Shown: one piece after another, positions 29,218-42,793 of the stretch | Position numbering within the stretch: the stretch's first letter is position 1 | Layout: each line of letters opens with the position of its first letter | Assembly (NCBI RefSeq): GCF_009914755.1 | Contig: NC_060930.1 | Strand: one strand, 5' to 3' | Source: the human T2T-CHM13v2.0 reference genome, Homo sapiens | Length of the DNA: 64,000 bases | The notes under the pieces: model-generated | Databases searched by the model: none | The model's input: the letters and a program-made list of their open reading frames with translations, nothing else | Told to the model about the DNA's origin: nothing | Program-made: the position numbers and the translations under genes

Positions 29218-30548
29218 CAAGCAAATGTTTAAAAGCCACACTGACCATAGGGCATTTCCTTAAGAAGATAATAAGCTTCTTTAATTCAGTTCAGCAAACT
29301 GCATGTCCAGAACTCTTCCAATGAAGAGAAATAAAATGCAAGAAAGAAGGGAAATTAAAAGCTGCCAGATTTGGAGAGGAAATATATAATATTCACAGAA
29401 CAGCAGTTCTAATTAGACAAATAAAAATTAAGAAAAGGTAAGAATTCTGTAAGAAGTAAAGCAACGCTCAATAATTATATCTTTCTTTCTTGCAGAAATA
29501 AATGATAGGGTAGTCCACTGTCAGCATTAGCAGCAGTTTAAGAAAAATGACTGACTTCTCTCTCTTGACAAAGACACTGAGTAGAGTGTGAAGTAACAGT
29601 ATAGGGTCAGACTGTTAAATATTTCAGAAGAGGGAAGACAGTTTTTCTCATTGTAAAGAAAGAATTTCACTTCAGACAAGTGGGAAGTTCTTTAGTAATT
29701 CAACTGGGAGGGGTATAAGAGCTACTGAAAAATACCCTGTCTTCATTTAAAGACAGACTGTTTAGAAGCTAGTATATAAAGCCAAGCTACCTTTATAGAT
29801 GCTTTTGAAAACCTCACTATTCAGTACCTGTTAGGAGAGAGGCAGGTGCTTCAACCAACAATGGCTTGTTTGAAGGGGTCAGGAATAGAAAGTCATTCCA
29901 GAGGCTTGGTGCTCATTGATACTGGGACATAATGCACCTACTTAGGCTCTATTTTAGTATAAAAACATCCTTACTATTGGTCAGAAAACCTTGCACTCTT
30001 ATCCTAATAACTTTGTTCCAAGAGTCAGAAGCATTTTGCACCCACAAGGCTCTCGTCGGTTAAGACTTCAGTGTTATTTTCCATCCAGGTAATTATAAGT
30101 TGCAGGAACATCTTCATGGTCTATAACATTGTTGCACATATGTTATAACAAAACACTTAATCAGTAATAGAACCAGTTCAGATAGTTAAAGAATGTATTT
30201 GGTGTCTATCAGTGTATGCCACTAAACTAGCACAGAGCAGATTTAAAAACAATGCTCCATGCTTTTAGATCTCTAAAAACCTAAACCAAGCTAATAGATA
30301 CAAAAAAAAATTCAGGTTGCCTTTAAATTTTTTTTTTAAATTTCAAATGATAATTTCATTATTTCATAATAAAAATACTTTTTTAAACAAAAAGAAGAAA
30401 ATAAAAAATATACTTCGGAAATAATTATCCTCTTGTTTTTGGCCTCACTCATGCAATAAAGAAACAATGAAAAACTATACAGGTATTCTCTATCTTCCAG
30501 GGCTGAAAAGACAACCCTTCATCAAATCACTGCTCAATGAGAGGACTT

Positions 30549-30838
30549 TTATGGCAGATTGTATTTTGCAAATATTGTTGCAAAAATATGCCCCATGAGC
30601 TTCCGAAATCTTGCCACTTCCTCAACAAGAGAAGATACAAAAGAAGAGAAAGGGTTTTTCTTTCCTTGAAACTAGGCTGGACTGTGTGGCTGTCCTGACT
30701 AATAGAGGATTTGAGAACTGACAATATGCAACTTCTGAGGCTAGGTCACAAAAACGCCTGGACCCTTAGAATGTTTAATCTTGAACTCTCACAAGCAGGC
30801 GATGAGGAAGCCTAAGCAATCTGTGGACAGACTCACTT
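30549..30838 (+). mobile_element. MLT1H-like LTR fragment
   Basis: TGGCAGATTGTATTTT start and AACTTCTGAGGCTAGGTCA core. Confidence 0.6.
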
Positions 30839-31075
30839 AAAAATATAGAAGCAAATTAAATGTTTTTCTATATTAAAATGTAGAAACAAGGGCTTCCAAA
30901 CTGGGGTTTAGAGTGTATATATGTATACAGGCATATATTTATATGAATATGTTTATATGTATATATATACACACACACATAAACAAATTCTCTCCATACA
31001 TACATACTCTATATATTTAGAGTATCCATATACACAATATATAGAATACACATATAACATGAAAAGAAACAATGG

Positions 31076-31436
<361 letters not shown>

Positions 31437-33954
31437 TTATGTATTTTCAAAAAATAGTGGTTATGTGGTGCATAATTTTAAATTAATTTTAAGTTAAAAA
31501 GGCTATAAGGCAGGATCAGCCATTTCTGTTTTTGTTACAGATGGATATAAATAGATATCTAGATATTTAAATATCTTGGTAGATGAATATAAAATTCTAG
31601 AAGACGTATCAAAATACCAACAGTAGTTGTATATAAGTGGTAGGATAGTAAGTGATTTTGATTTTTTTTCATATTTCACTTATCTGTATGTTCCAATTTC
31701 TTTTCCAGTTAGCATGTATTATTGAAAAATAAAAGTTAGAAGATTATATAACTCGAACTATTTCAATTGCTTTAAGCATTTGATTTGCTCATTCTATTGC
31801 CCATTGTGTTTACATAATGCTAAGCAGCTAGAAATACAGTTCTCTTAAAGCGCCTGGCAGTGCCCTTTAAAAATGTGTTTCTCTCAGATGTCTATGAATG
31901 CTTTTTGCAGGTGGTTGTGTGGGGGATGTAGAAATCTCTTCTTTGGGAAACGAAAAAAGAACTATAGATTACTTCCTTCCTTGAAAAACACTCCCTCTTG
32001 CCCTTACTCAAAAGACTTGTATGCTTGTTTCCTGTGTGATGTTATCAGTGATCTCTCAACAGCAGCTACTGTGGTGAAATCCATGAACTTTTTGACTTTA
32101 TGTGGATTTGTAAAAAAATTCCTTGCTCATATTTGTTACATAACCACCAAGTTCATTGATTTTTATGCACAGATATGGGTAGTTTGTGTATTTCTCAAAT
32201 AGTTACTTTTTAATATTTTATTTTATAAGGAAGATTTCAGGAAGAGTAAAAAATAACCTGAGACAACCTCCCTTTTCTTTGGCTAAGATGGTCTTCTAAC
32301 ATTGAAAGAAGTTCCATTTAACATTCCCCGGCTCAAAGTGGTGTCCCTAGGCCAACTCCCATAAAACTTGTGTTCTACCCTTTCTCTTGGGACCCTCCTC
32401 TCCCTTTCCCCAAAGTTGTACAGACAGGAAAAGCACCTTTGTTACCTGGATTTCCAACCCACATCTCTATGGTAGATGCCATTTTAGAGAACACTTTTCT
32501 AAAAGACATAGATTTGCTTAAATATATTCTGGAACAAAATGGGACATCTTTTCTGCACTTATGGGGACTAAAAGAAAGTGAAATAGTTACTGTCTTGAAA
32601 AGCCAAGACTATGTTCAGATGGATGCTTTGTCCTCACTCTGCATAATTCCTACAACTTGTTAGAAGCCCTTTATTGATTAGACTACAACAACTACCCACG
32701 AACTACTAGAAAGCATATGGTGTGTCAGCACAGAGAAGATATATTAAAACTGACACCGAATGAAGAATTTAAATGTAAAAACCATAACTCTAAGATATTC
32801 TTATCCATAGAAAGATCTATGTGATAGAAACTCATAATGAAAGTCATACTTAATTTCCATTTTGTTTACATTACATTTGGTTGGCTCAAGAAAACCATAA
32901 CACTGGACATATTTGATCTAAAATGTACACATATTTTTTTCCTATATGATTAGTGAAAAACTTAACAGAACTCATGGTGGTTAAAAAGTATTGGTACGAT
33001 ACTTAAATTTTGTAATAAAAATTCCCGAACTGGCCAGGGCTTCTGGCCAAGAAATATGAATTTACAAAGGAAAGTAACTATCTCACTTTCTGGGAAATGT
33101 TATTAGCTTTGCAAGGGGATGATTTGTGATTTGTCAGAGCAGACCAGGGTGCTTGGCAATCTGGCTTTTGGAAGACGAGGCCGTCCTCCTCCCTGGGAGT
33201 GCCTATACTGTGTTTCTGATCTCTGTTTTTATTTTCTGAAATGCAAATAGGATCAAATTTTTCTTTACAATTTGAAATAAAACAGGATATAAGACTTGAC
33301 TATTTTATATATAACTTGAACTAAAATCAAAATTTCCTAATACTTAAAAATGCTACTGAGTGCTAGTTCAGATATACTTTTCTGTGAGCTCAGTTATGTA
33401 TTTTATACTTCATTAAAACATTATACTCCCTGCATGTAATTGTGGGATTTCTTTATAAGACATGTAACTTAATGTTTCCAGGGGTTTCCAAACCCCACTT
33501 CACACTGGAATCCTGAGAATATTTTTTCTTGAAAGCATATTCCAAAACTATCTAGATTTATTTAATCAGTATCTCTAGGATTAGGCCCAGGCTTGCTGGA
33601 ATCAAAAATGAATCCAAAAAAAAGTGGTGGGAAGGAGGGAGGTTGAAATAAACAGGTGAGCAAAAAACGAAAGGGATTATTTCCTAAAACTTACATGGGA
33701 CATTTTTTATTTGTAGTTTCAAGAATATTGAAAAGCAGTTTTGTTATTTTCATTTGTCATTGTATCATTAGTATTTTCCCATGTCATTTAATAATACTTT
33801 GTGGTCAAGAATGTAAATATTTTAAGAAAAAAAAATTGAAGAAAGGATGTAAAACATATCTCTTATGGGCTAGACTATATTAAAGTATTTTGCAAAGTTT
33901 CTACTTTCTACTATGAAGTCAGTATTTTATTAAACTAATTTTTTAAGTAACTGG

Positions 33955-36690
33955 AAGACTTTTATTTCTACCAATATGGCAGAGAAAACATGTGGTTTAT
34001 CGTATCTAAACCTACTAGATAAAATGAAAAAGCTAATTTTCAAATACTGACCTGAGCTGAGGATAAGCACAAGCAACAAGGCTCAGTATAAAACTTATAC
34101 TGCAGATATGGGATTATCCAATACAGCATATATGATAAATACCTAAATATATAAGGAATAACAAATGAAATAAAAAGGGAAAAGGTATAAATGGCCAGAC
34201 ATATTTAATATTTAATAAAGAACTAAATAAACCTTTCAGAATAAATTACGTATACTTGCCTGCTACTTTACATTAGAAATTCAATGGATGGACTAAAGAA
34301 CATATTAATCAAAGCAGAAAAAAGTCTTAGTGTACTGAACTGAAAAAATAAACCAGCATAAGCCCAAGGTGACCACAAAGAGGAACCATAAAGATTTGAG
34401 TGACATAGATTATAGAAAAATAACATGAAGTATATGTCTTATTGAAGATCTAGAAAGAAAAAAATAGAGAGATAGATTGAGCAAAAGAATGAGAAATAGA
34501 TTGATAACATTTGAATATGATGAAAGATAAACATTCAATAAGGTATATACTTAAACATATCATAAGCAAACAGCTGAACACAAAAACAAAACCAAAAAGA
34601 ATATTAAAGGTAGTCAGAGAGAAAAGATAAAATCACCTACTGAAAACTGGCCATAAGACCCAAAGCTGGCATCATAAGAGAAGCCAACAAAAGAGTGGGT
34701 TTACGTATCTTCAACATGATGACAGTAAATAGATCTTAACTTAGAATTCTAAATGTAGGAAGTCCATCTTTTAAGAGTGAAAACAAAACAAAGATGGCCC
34801 CCAAAATCTTACAAAAGAATTATACTAGTCCCTCATTGATAGAATTCTGAAGGATATGGTTTACAAAGAAAACAATGTTCGCAGAAGGAAGCTGCAAGAT
34901 ATAATAAAAAATGTAAGCAAAAGGTAAATATAGAAATAAGTGTAAACAAACAACTATTTTATAAAACATAAGAATGCTGTGTTGTGTGTGTGTGTGCGTG
35001 CGTGCGTGTGTGTGTGTGTACACCATCCTGAGAACACCATTTAAAATTTCAGGCTAAATTCACTCATTTATGAGCATGAATACCAAAACTTCAAAATGTC
35101 TTAGCAGATAAAATCCAAAAATGTATTGATAAGATAATGCATTCTGACCAAGTTTAGAGCATTCCAGGAAGATCAGGTTGACTCAATATTAGAAAACAAA
35201 TTTATAAAGTGTATCACGTTCATGCAGAAAAAACATTAGATATATTTCAATTATTTGGTTAATTGGATTAACAATGGATATTAATATACCACTAATGTTT
35301 AAAACAGAACAAAACAAAAACTCCTAGTAACTTAGGAATAGTGGGGAAGTTTTATGCTCTAATAAAACACACACAAAAATATATTTCATCAACATCTTAT
35401 TTAATTATGAAATATTATGCACATTACCATATAGTCAGGGATATAATTGATTTTCTGCTGTTACCACATCTATTCAACATTGTTCTTCAGCACCCAGTCA
35501 CCACAATAAATAAGAAAAAGAAACGAATAGTGTAAGGTTTGGAAAGAAAGAGGTAGTTACTATGATTATTCATATCAGCATGGAGAGACAGAAATATAAT
35601 GTGAGCCAGGAAGGTAATTTTTCTAACTGCTGTATTTATAAAAAAATTAAAGCATACAAATTAATACATTGTGCTACTTATGTAATGATAGAGAACATAA
35701 GGCAGAAACAGATCAGGAATGGTTTAGAAACAGATCCATACATATGTGGAAAATTCTCTGAATGTTAGAGGTTCTTTGCACTTCAGTGCAGAAAGGAGAG
35801 GTATTCAATAAATAATGCTGGAAAAATTTGTTATCTATATGGGGAAAATAAAATTATATTCTTACTTTACACCATAAACAAAAGCCAGTTTATTATGTAT
35901 CAGCAACTTAAAATGTAAAAGGCAAACTTTTCAAAATGTAAAATACAGCAAAGGAGAATTGCGGTGATTTGAGTTTGGGTCCTTCCAAAATTCTTATATT
36001 AAATTTTGAATCCCCAAGGTGATGGTATTAGGAAGCGGGTCATTTAAGAGGTGAGTTTATAATGATGGCAGACCCCTCAGAAATGGGATTAGCATCTTTA
36101 TAATAAGGCCCTAACCGGAATCCTGGCCTGTTCCACCCTGTGAGGACACAGAAAGAAGGTATCATCCGTGTCTGGCCTCTTGTGAGTCACTGAATTTGCC
36201 TTGATCGTATACTTCCACACTCCAGGACTGTGGAAGAAATAAATTTCTGTTGTTTATAAGCTACCCAGTTTATGGCATTTTGTTATATCAGCCTGGATAG
36301 ACTAAAACAAGAATGTCTTTAAGATTATGTGCTAAAAAAAAAACACCACATTTTGAAACAAGACACAGAAAGCATCAACCATAAAAGAAAAGATAAATTC
36401 TACTACATCAAGAGATATCTGTGCACCAAAGGACACCATGAAGAGTTAGAAAATAAGCCACAAGCCAGTAGAAAATATTTACCTATCTATAACTGAAAAA
36501 TTAATATCCAGACTATTAAGTGGGGATTTCTATGGATCAGAAATAAAAAGTTGAGAAACGGGCAAATAATTTGTAGGCATCTCATGAGGGAAAAACTGAA
36601 TTAAAAATATGGATAATTGTTCAACCTTTTTAGTAATCACAGAAATGCAAATTAAAACTCGAAGAAGATAACGTTTTGCACTTACCATAT
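33955..36690 (+). mobile_element. Highly decayed L1ME-type element
   Basis: A-rich ORF1/ORF2 remnants (CTATTCAACATTGT, TCAATAAATAATGCTGGAAAA, GAAATGCAAATTAAAAC). Confidence 0.6.
35960..36309 (+). mobile_element. MLT1A-type solo LTR nested in L1
   Basis: TG...AATAAATTTCTGTTGTTTATAAGCTACCCAG...ACTAAAACA; 5-bp TSD AGAAT. Confidence 0.85.
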
Positions 36691-37264
36691 TGGCAGGCCC
36701 TCCCCACGCTTCATTTTCCTCTCTCTTCTTCAGGAAAGCCTTGCTAATTTCAACCATTTGTTCAGCTTATTGCCTTACACAGAAACCCCTGTTGAAATTT
36801 TTATTGGAGTGATGGATCAAGTTGAGGAGATCTGCAGTTTTTTTATGATAGGCTTCATATTCAATAACATTGTATGTCTCTATTTAATTCGGTATTTTTA
36901 AATGAATTTCAATGAAGTATCATAATTTTCATTAAAAAAAGACTTGCACTTAATAAAATTATTTCAGGATATTTTAAAATGTTTATAGCTATTGTAAATG
37001 GCATCATTCTAATTATTAATTTTTCTATTCATTGTTGGTCTGTAGAAAGATTATATACATATTACTTATAGCTGGCAATATTACTCAATTCATTTACTAA
37101 TTCTTAAAATTTCTGTAAGTTTTTATGAGGGGGTTTCTTTTTAACTATTTATATGTTTAATTTCTAATTCCCATAGTGATAGTATTAGGAGGCGGGTCAC
37201 TAAAGAGGTGATTGATTATAAACCTATAGGGCAGCCACAGGTTTGGACCAACTGTGTGTGCTCT

Positions 37265-37392
37265 GACCAAATTGAGATGTACTCTAAGTGCAAAAAACAC
37301 AATGAATTTCAAAGACTTAGTGTGAAAAAATGGAAACTGCTTCACTGATAATTTGAATACTGAATGCATGCTGAAATAATAATATTTTGGAC
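37265..37392. mobile_element. MER33-like Charlie fragment
   Basis: AATTGAGATGTACTCTAAGTG...TTTCAAAGACTTAGT...AATAATATTTTGGA. Confidence 0.6.
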
Positions 37393-37739
37393 CCAAGAAG
37401 AGCCAGGCAGAACAAGCCAGGGCTGGCCCAAAGCCAGGATAACTTGATGGCGGGTCCTTGACTTGCATTAAGGCTCCATCTTGGGACCGTTTCAGCTTCA
37501 GGTGGGGTGAGGATTTATTCAGGGGCTCATCTGTGGGAAGAGCTAAAGTACAAGATTGTGACTCAAGCAGGGCCTGGAATGAGTTCATTGAAATAACCCA
37601 ACATGGATTCAGCTACTTTTGTTTTTAATTAGAGATTTAAAATCTGAGTCTCCATGCAAATGGAATTTTTACAGAATACAAAAATCTCCCATTCCTGAGA
37701 ACTGTTTGAGGTTTCCCCCGAATTCTCAGTGAATTATTC

Positions 37740-38590
37740 CTTCCTTTGCTCAGTTCCTGTCACCATCCTGTTGGAACGGATGCCTGCCCACCATGATCCG
37801 CAGATTCTGGACGGAGACTCAGGAGAGGAAGCCGAGACAACGACGCCACAGTGCGGAACGGAGCCTCCCTCTTCCGGGCTGAAGATCTCAGCCATTCCGG
37901 CTGCATCCAGGAGCGGCCCGGGAGCTTCCCCAACAGTGAACACAGACCCAGGGCTCCTACCCAAATGGGGACGTGAACAAGCCGCTTCCCGCGAGACTGG
38001 GTGGAAGGGCCTCTCTCCCACCACGGCCTCTCTCCAACTGCTCCGTGGGCGCCCGTGTTTTCTCCTCCCGGGCTGCAGCACCCCACGCCGCGCTCTCCAC
38101 GAGCTCCCGTCACGGAAACACCTCCGCGTCCCGCAGTTCACTCCCTGCTCACTCCTGAAACCTTTCCTCCCTGTATCTCCCCAGGGAGCCCACGGGGTTT
38201 CCTCGGCTTCAGCGCCTGGTGGAGGCCTCAGCTCTTCAGGTGCCTGTCCCCGCGGCTACCAGGGAGTGCGGCACCAGAAGCAGCCCAACCCTCGCTGTCT
38301 TTGCTGCCATTACTGGTTTCGCAGGCTTGTCCTGGGCTAACCATGGGCTTCCCCACCCTGCTCAACAGCTGCCCAGGGCTGCTGTGCACCGGGCCGCCAC
38401 CGCGCCCTGCTCACCAGAGAACATACCGCCATTACGAGAGACCTCACCCCACTCAGGAGAAGCCGCGAGCCGCTCACCAGAGGCCTCACCCCACTCACCA
38501 GAGACCTCATCCAGTTCACCAGAGGCCATCCGCACCCTTTCATGAGAGGTCGCAGCTGCCAGCGTCCACGCTGAGGGTTGGTGTTTCTTC
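37740..38590. promoter_or_regulatory. CpG-island-like unique region (possible promoter)
   Basis: Abrupt rise in GC and dense intact CpGs versus CpG-depleted flanks; not a recognisable repeat. Confidence 0.7.
38412..38537. repeat. Degenerate 21-bp tandem repeat x6
   Basis: Units like CACCAGAG(A/G)CCTCACCCCACT. Confidence 0.8.
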
Positions 38591-38598
38591 CCTCTCTG

Positions 38599-39218
38599 TA
38601 TCAGAGGTATTTGAACCAGAGCGACTCCATCTTGAATAGGGGCTGGGTAAAATGAGGCTGAGACCTATTGGGCTGCATTCCCAGGAGGTTATGGCGTTCT
38701 AAGTCACAGGATGAAACAGGAGGTTGGCGTAAGATATAGGTCACAAAGACCTTGCTGATATAATAGTCCGAGGTAAAGAAGCTGGCCAAACCCCACCAAA
38801 ACCAAGATGGCAACCTCTGGTCTCCTCACTGCTCATTATATGTTAATTATAATACATTAGCATGCTAAAAGACACTTTCAGCAGCACCAGGAGAGTTTAC
38901 AAATGCCATGAAAACATCAGGAAGTTACCCTATATGGTCCGAAAAGGGGAGGAACCCTCAGTTCCAGGGAATTTCCCACCCCTTTCCCAGAAAACTCATG
39001 AATAATCCACCCCTCCTTTAGCACATTATCAAGAAATAATCGTAAAAGTAGGCAATCAACAGCCCATGCATCTGCTCTGCCTATGGAGTAGGCATTTGTT
39101 ATTCCTCTACTTTCTTAAGAAATTTGCTTTCACTTTATGGATTTGCCTTGAATTCTTTGTTTTTCCAGATCCAAGAACTCTCTCTTGGGGTCTGGATCGG
39201 GACCCCTTTTGGGTAACA
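38599..39218 (+). mobile_element. MER41B-type solo LTR
   Basis: T(A)TCAGAGGTATTTGAACCAGAGCGACTCCATCTTGAATAGGGG...GGGTAACA; 4-bp TSD TCTG. Confidence 0.92.
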
Positions 39219-39552
39219 TCTGGACTAAGCAACTCTTTCAATGAGGGATTTGAGAACAAAGTTCTTAGTGTCTCTAGAGACAGGAAGTTGGTTTCCTCCC
39301 TCCCCACAGTTATCCCACAGCTAAGAGGGAGCAGGATTTCAGAAGGCAGGGTGAGGGAGCAGTCCAGGAGCCCCACATCGCCGGGGGAAGCCCTTCCTCC
39401 TCCTTCGGCAGTAGGGTCTGCCTCTGCTCCTTCGGGTCCCCTGCTCATCTTTCCCCTTCCTACCTTCTTTACTCCCGGTTCCCATCCTAGTCTGTCAAAC
39501 AGGAAGCAGGAGCTTACCCGCAGGCCTTTTTGGCTCCTTGTACATCAGCATC

Positions 39553-39964
39553 TTTCATGTGCGTCCATGTGAAGAGACCACCAAACAGGCTTTGTGTGAG
39601 CAATAAAGCTTTTAATCACCTGGGTGCAGGCGGGCTGAGTCCGAAAAGAGAGTCAGCGAAGGGAGAATAGGGGTGGGGCCATTTTATAGGATTTGGGTAG
39701 GTAAAGGAAAGTTACAGTCAAAGGGGGGTTGTTCTCTGGCAGGCAGAGTGGGGGTCACAAGGTGCTCAGTAGGGGAGCTTTTGAGCCAGGATGAGCCAGG
39801 AGAGGGGATTTCACAAGACAATGTCATCAGTTAAGGCAGAAACAGGCCATTTTCACTTCTTTTGTGGTGGAATGTCATCAGTTAAGGCAGGATCCAGCCA
39901 TCTGGATGTGTACGTGCAGGTCACAGGGGATATGATGGCTTAGCTTGGGCTCAGAGGCCTGACA
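39553..39964 (-). repeat. HERV-H 3' LTR (LTR7)
   Basis: Minus strand TGTCAGGCCTCTGAGCCCAAG...CATGAAA; preceded by purine tract AAGAAGACAGGAA. Confidence 0.97.
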
Positions 39965-41946
39965 TTCCTGTCTTCTTATATTAATAAGAAAAATAAAACG
40001 AAATAGTGGTAAAGTGTTGGGACAGCGAAAATTTTGGGGGATGGTATGGAGAGATAATGGGCGACGTTTCTCAGGGCTGCTTCGAGGGGGATTAGGGGCA
40101 GCATGGGAACCTAGAATGGGAGAGATTAAGGTGAAGGAAGATTTTATGGTAAGGGGTGATATTGTGGGGTTGTTAGAAGAAACATTTGTCATTTAGAATT
40201 ATTGGTGATGGCCTGGATACGGTTTTGTATGAATTGAAAAACTAAATGGAATAAGAGAAGGAGAAAAACAGGTATAAAAGGTCTAAGAATTGGGACGACA
40301 CAGGACATCTGATTAGAGAGTGCCTAAGGAGATTCAGCATAGTCCTGCCAGCAAAGATTATTTACTTCAGGAGTTAAGAGTGGCAATTTGGAGATAGCAC
40401 CAGGAGATATCAGCTGTGATGGCTTGGAGAAACAGTGTAAACCGGCAGTGTAAACAAGAGCAGGGCATGTATGAGTAGTTGAAAACGGTGAATAGGAGTA
40501 TGACTAGACAGAAGATAGTAGGGAAGACAAGTTTTTTTGGGGCACAGTCTAAGTTGGTCTGGTGTGTGGAATGAGACTGGGGCCTAATAAAAAGGAGCGT
40601 CTATACAGGAGCTCAAATGGGCTGAACCTTGTAGCATTCTGAGGACAGGTCTGACTTCTGAGAAGGGAAAGTGGTAAAAGTATTGTCCAGTCCTTTTTAA
40701 GTTGGTGGCTGAGCTTGGTGAGGTGTGTTTTTAAAAGACCTTTGGTCCGTTCTACTTTTCCTGAAGACGGAGGACCGTAAGGGATATAAAGGTTTCACTG
40801 AATACTAAGAGCCTGAAAAACTGCTTGGCTGATTTGACTAATAAAGGCTGGTCTGTTATCAGACTGTATAGAGGTGGGAAGGCTAAACTGAGGAATTATG
40901 TCTACAGAAGGGAAGAAATGACTGTGGTGGCCTTCTCAGACCCTATAGGAAAGGCCTGTACCTATCCAGTGAAAGTGTCTACCTAGACTAAGAGGTATTT
41001 TAGTTATCTGACTAGGGGCATGTTGAGTAAAGCTAATTTGCCAGTCCTGGGTGGGGGCAAATCCTTGAGCTTGATGTGTAGGGAAGGGAGGGGGCCTGAA
41101 TAATCCCTGAGGAGTAGTAGAGTAGCAGATGGAACACTGAGAAGTTATTTCCTTGAAGATAGATTTCCACGGTGAAAAGAAAATGAGAGGTTCTAAGAGG
41201 CGGGCTAGTGGCTTGTATTATAGCATAGCCTGCCTTTGCTGGTGTGTGGTGATTAGGCCTGGTGGAACCGCCATCAGTAAATCAAGTGTGATCAGGGTGA
41301 GGAACAGGAAAGAAGGAAATATGGGGAAATGGGGTGAATGTCAGGTGGATCAGAGAGATACAGTCATGAGGGTCAGGTGTGGTATCAGGAATAACGTGGG
41401 AGGCCGGATTGAAGTCCAGGCCAGGAACAATGGTAATTGTGGGACTTAACAAAGAGTGAGTACAGCTGAAGGAGCCGGGGAGCAGAAAGTATATGCGTCA
41501 AGATGTGAGGAAGAAAATAGATTTTGGAAATTATGAGAGCTGTAGGGAGTGAGTTGAGCATAATTTGTGATTTTTAGGGCCTCTAAAAGTATTAAAGCAG
41601 CGGCAGCTGCTGCACGCAGACATGAGGGCTAGGCTAAAACAGTAAGGTCAAGTTGTTTGGACAGAAAGGCTACAGGGTGTGGTCCTGGCTCTTGTGTAAG
41701 AATTCTGACTGTACTAACTATGCCTAGGAAGGAAAGGAGTTGTTGTTTTGTAAGGGATTGAGGTTTGGGAGATTAATTGGACACGATCAGCAGGGAGAGC
41801 ACGTGTGTTTTTATGAGAATTATGCTGAGATAGGTAACAGATGAGGATGAAATTTGGGCTTGACTGAAGTAATGGGGTCTGTCTGTGAAGGCTTGCGGCA
41901 GTACAGCCCAGGTAATTTGCTGAGCGTGATGGGTGTCAGGGTCAGT

Positions 41947-42339
41947 CTAAGTGAAAGCGAAGAGAGTCTGGGATGAAGGGTGCAAAGGAATAGTAAAGAA
42001 AACATGTTTGAGATCTAGAACAGAATAATGGGTTGTAGAGGGAGGTATTGAGGATAGGAGAGTATATGGGTTTGGCACCACGGGGTGGATAGGCAAAACA
42101 ATTTGGTTGATAAGGTGCAGATGCTGAACTAACCTGTAAGTCTTGTCTGGTTTTAGGACAGGTAAAATGGGGGAATTGTAAGGAGAATTTATAGGCTTTA
42201 AAAGGCCATGCTGTAGCAGGGAAGTGATAACAGGCTTTAATCTTTTTAAAGCGTGCTGTGGGATGGGATATTGGCATTGAGGGGGGTAAGGGTGATTAGG
42301 CTTTAATGAGATTGTAAGGGGTGCATGATCGGTCGCCAA
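41947..42339 (-). pseudogene. pol: HERV-H pol, RT N-terminal remnant
   Basis: PYNSPILPVLKPDKTYRLVQ...YSVLDLKHVFFTIPLHPSSQTLFAFT then stop. Confidence 0.9.
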
Positions 42340-42683
42340 GGAGGGAATAGAGGTATCTTATACTTGTGGGTTAAGGTGGGGGGATATGAGAGGAGGATGT
42401 GAAGGAGGCTTTGAACTGGGGAAAAGGTGGCAATGAGATGTAGCTGTAGTCCAGGAATAGTCAGGGAAGCAGATAATTTAGTTAAAGTGTCTTGGCCTAA
42501 TAAGGGAACTGGGCAGGTGGGGATAACTAAAAAGGAGTGCTTAAAAGAGTGTTGTCCAAGTTGGCACCAGAGTGGGGGAGTTTTCAGGGGTTTAGAAGCC
42601 TGGCCGTCAATACCCACAACAGTTATGGAGGCAAGGGAAACAGGCCCTTGAAAAGAAGGTAATGTGGAGTGGGTAGCCTCCAC
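42303..42683 (-). pseudogene. pro: HERV-H protease remnant
   Basis: EATHSTLP...VVGIDGQ...HSFLVIPTCPVPLLGQD. Confidence 0.85.
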
Positions 42684-42793
42684 ATTGACTAAGGGGATGG
42701 ACTTACCTTCCGCTGTGAGAGTTACCCGAAGCTCGGCGTCCGTGATGGTCTAGGGGGCTTCCGAGGCGATGGGGCAGTGTCAGTCTTCAGCCG

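Noticed and set aside
29470-29600. Plus-strand acceptor-like CTTTCTTTCTTGCAG at ~29495
   Set aside because: No convincing downstream donor or reading frame
37729-38340. 203-aa ORF and overlapping antisense ORFs
   Set aside because: Starts at GTG; several frames on both strands are open, as expected in GC-rich DNA; no homology recognised
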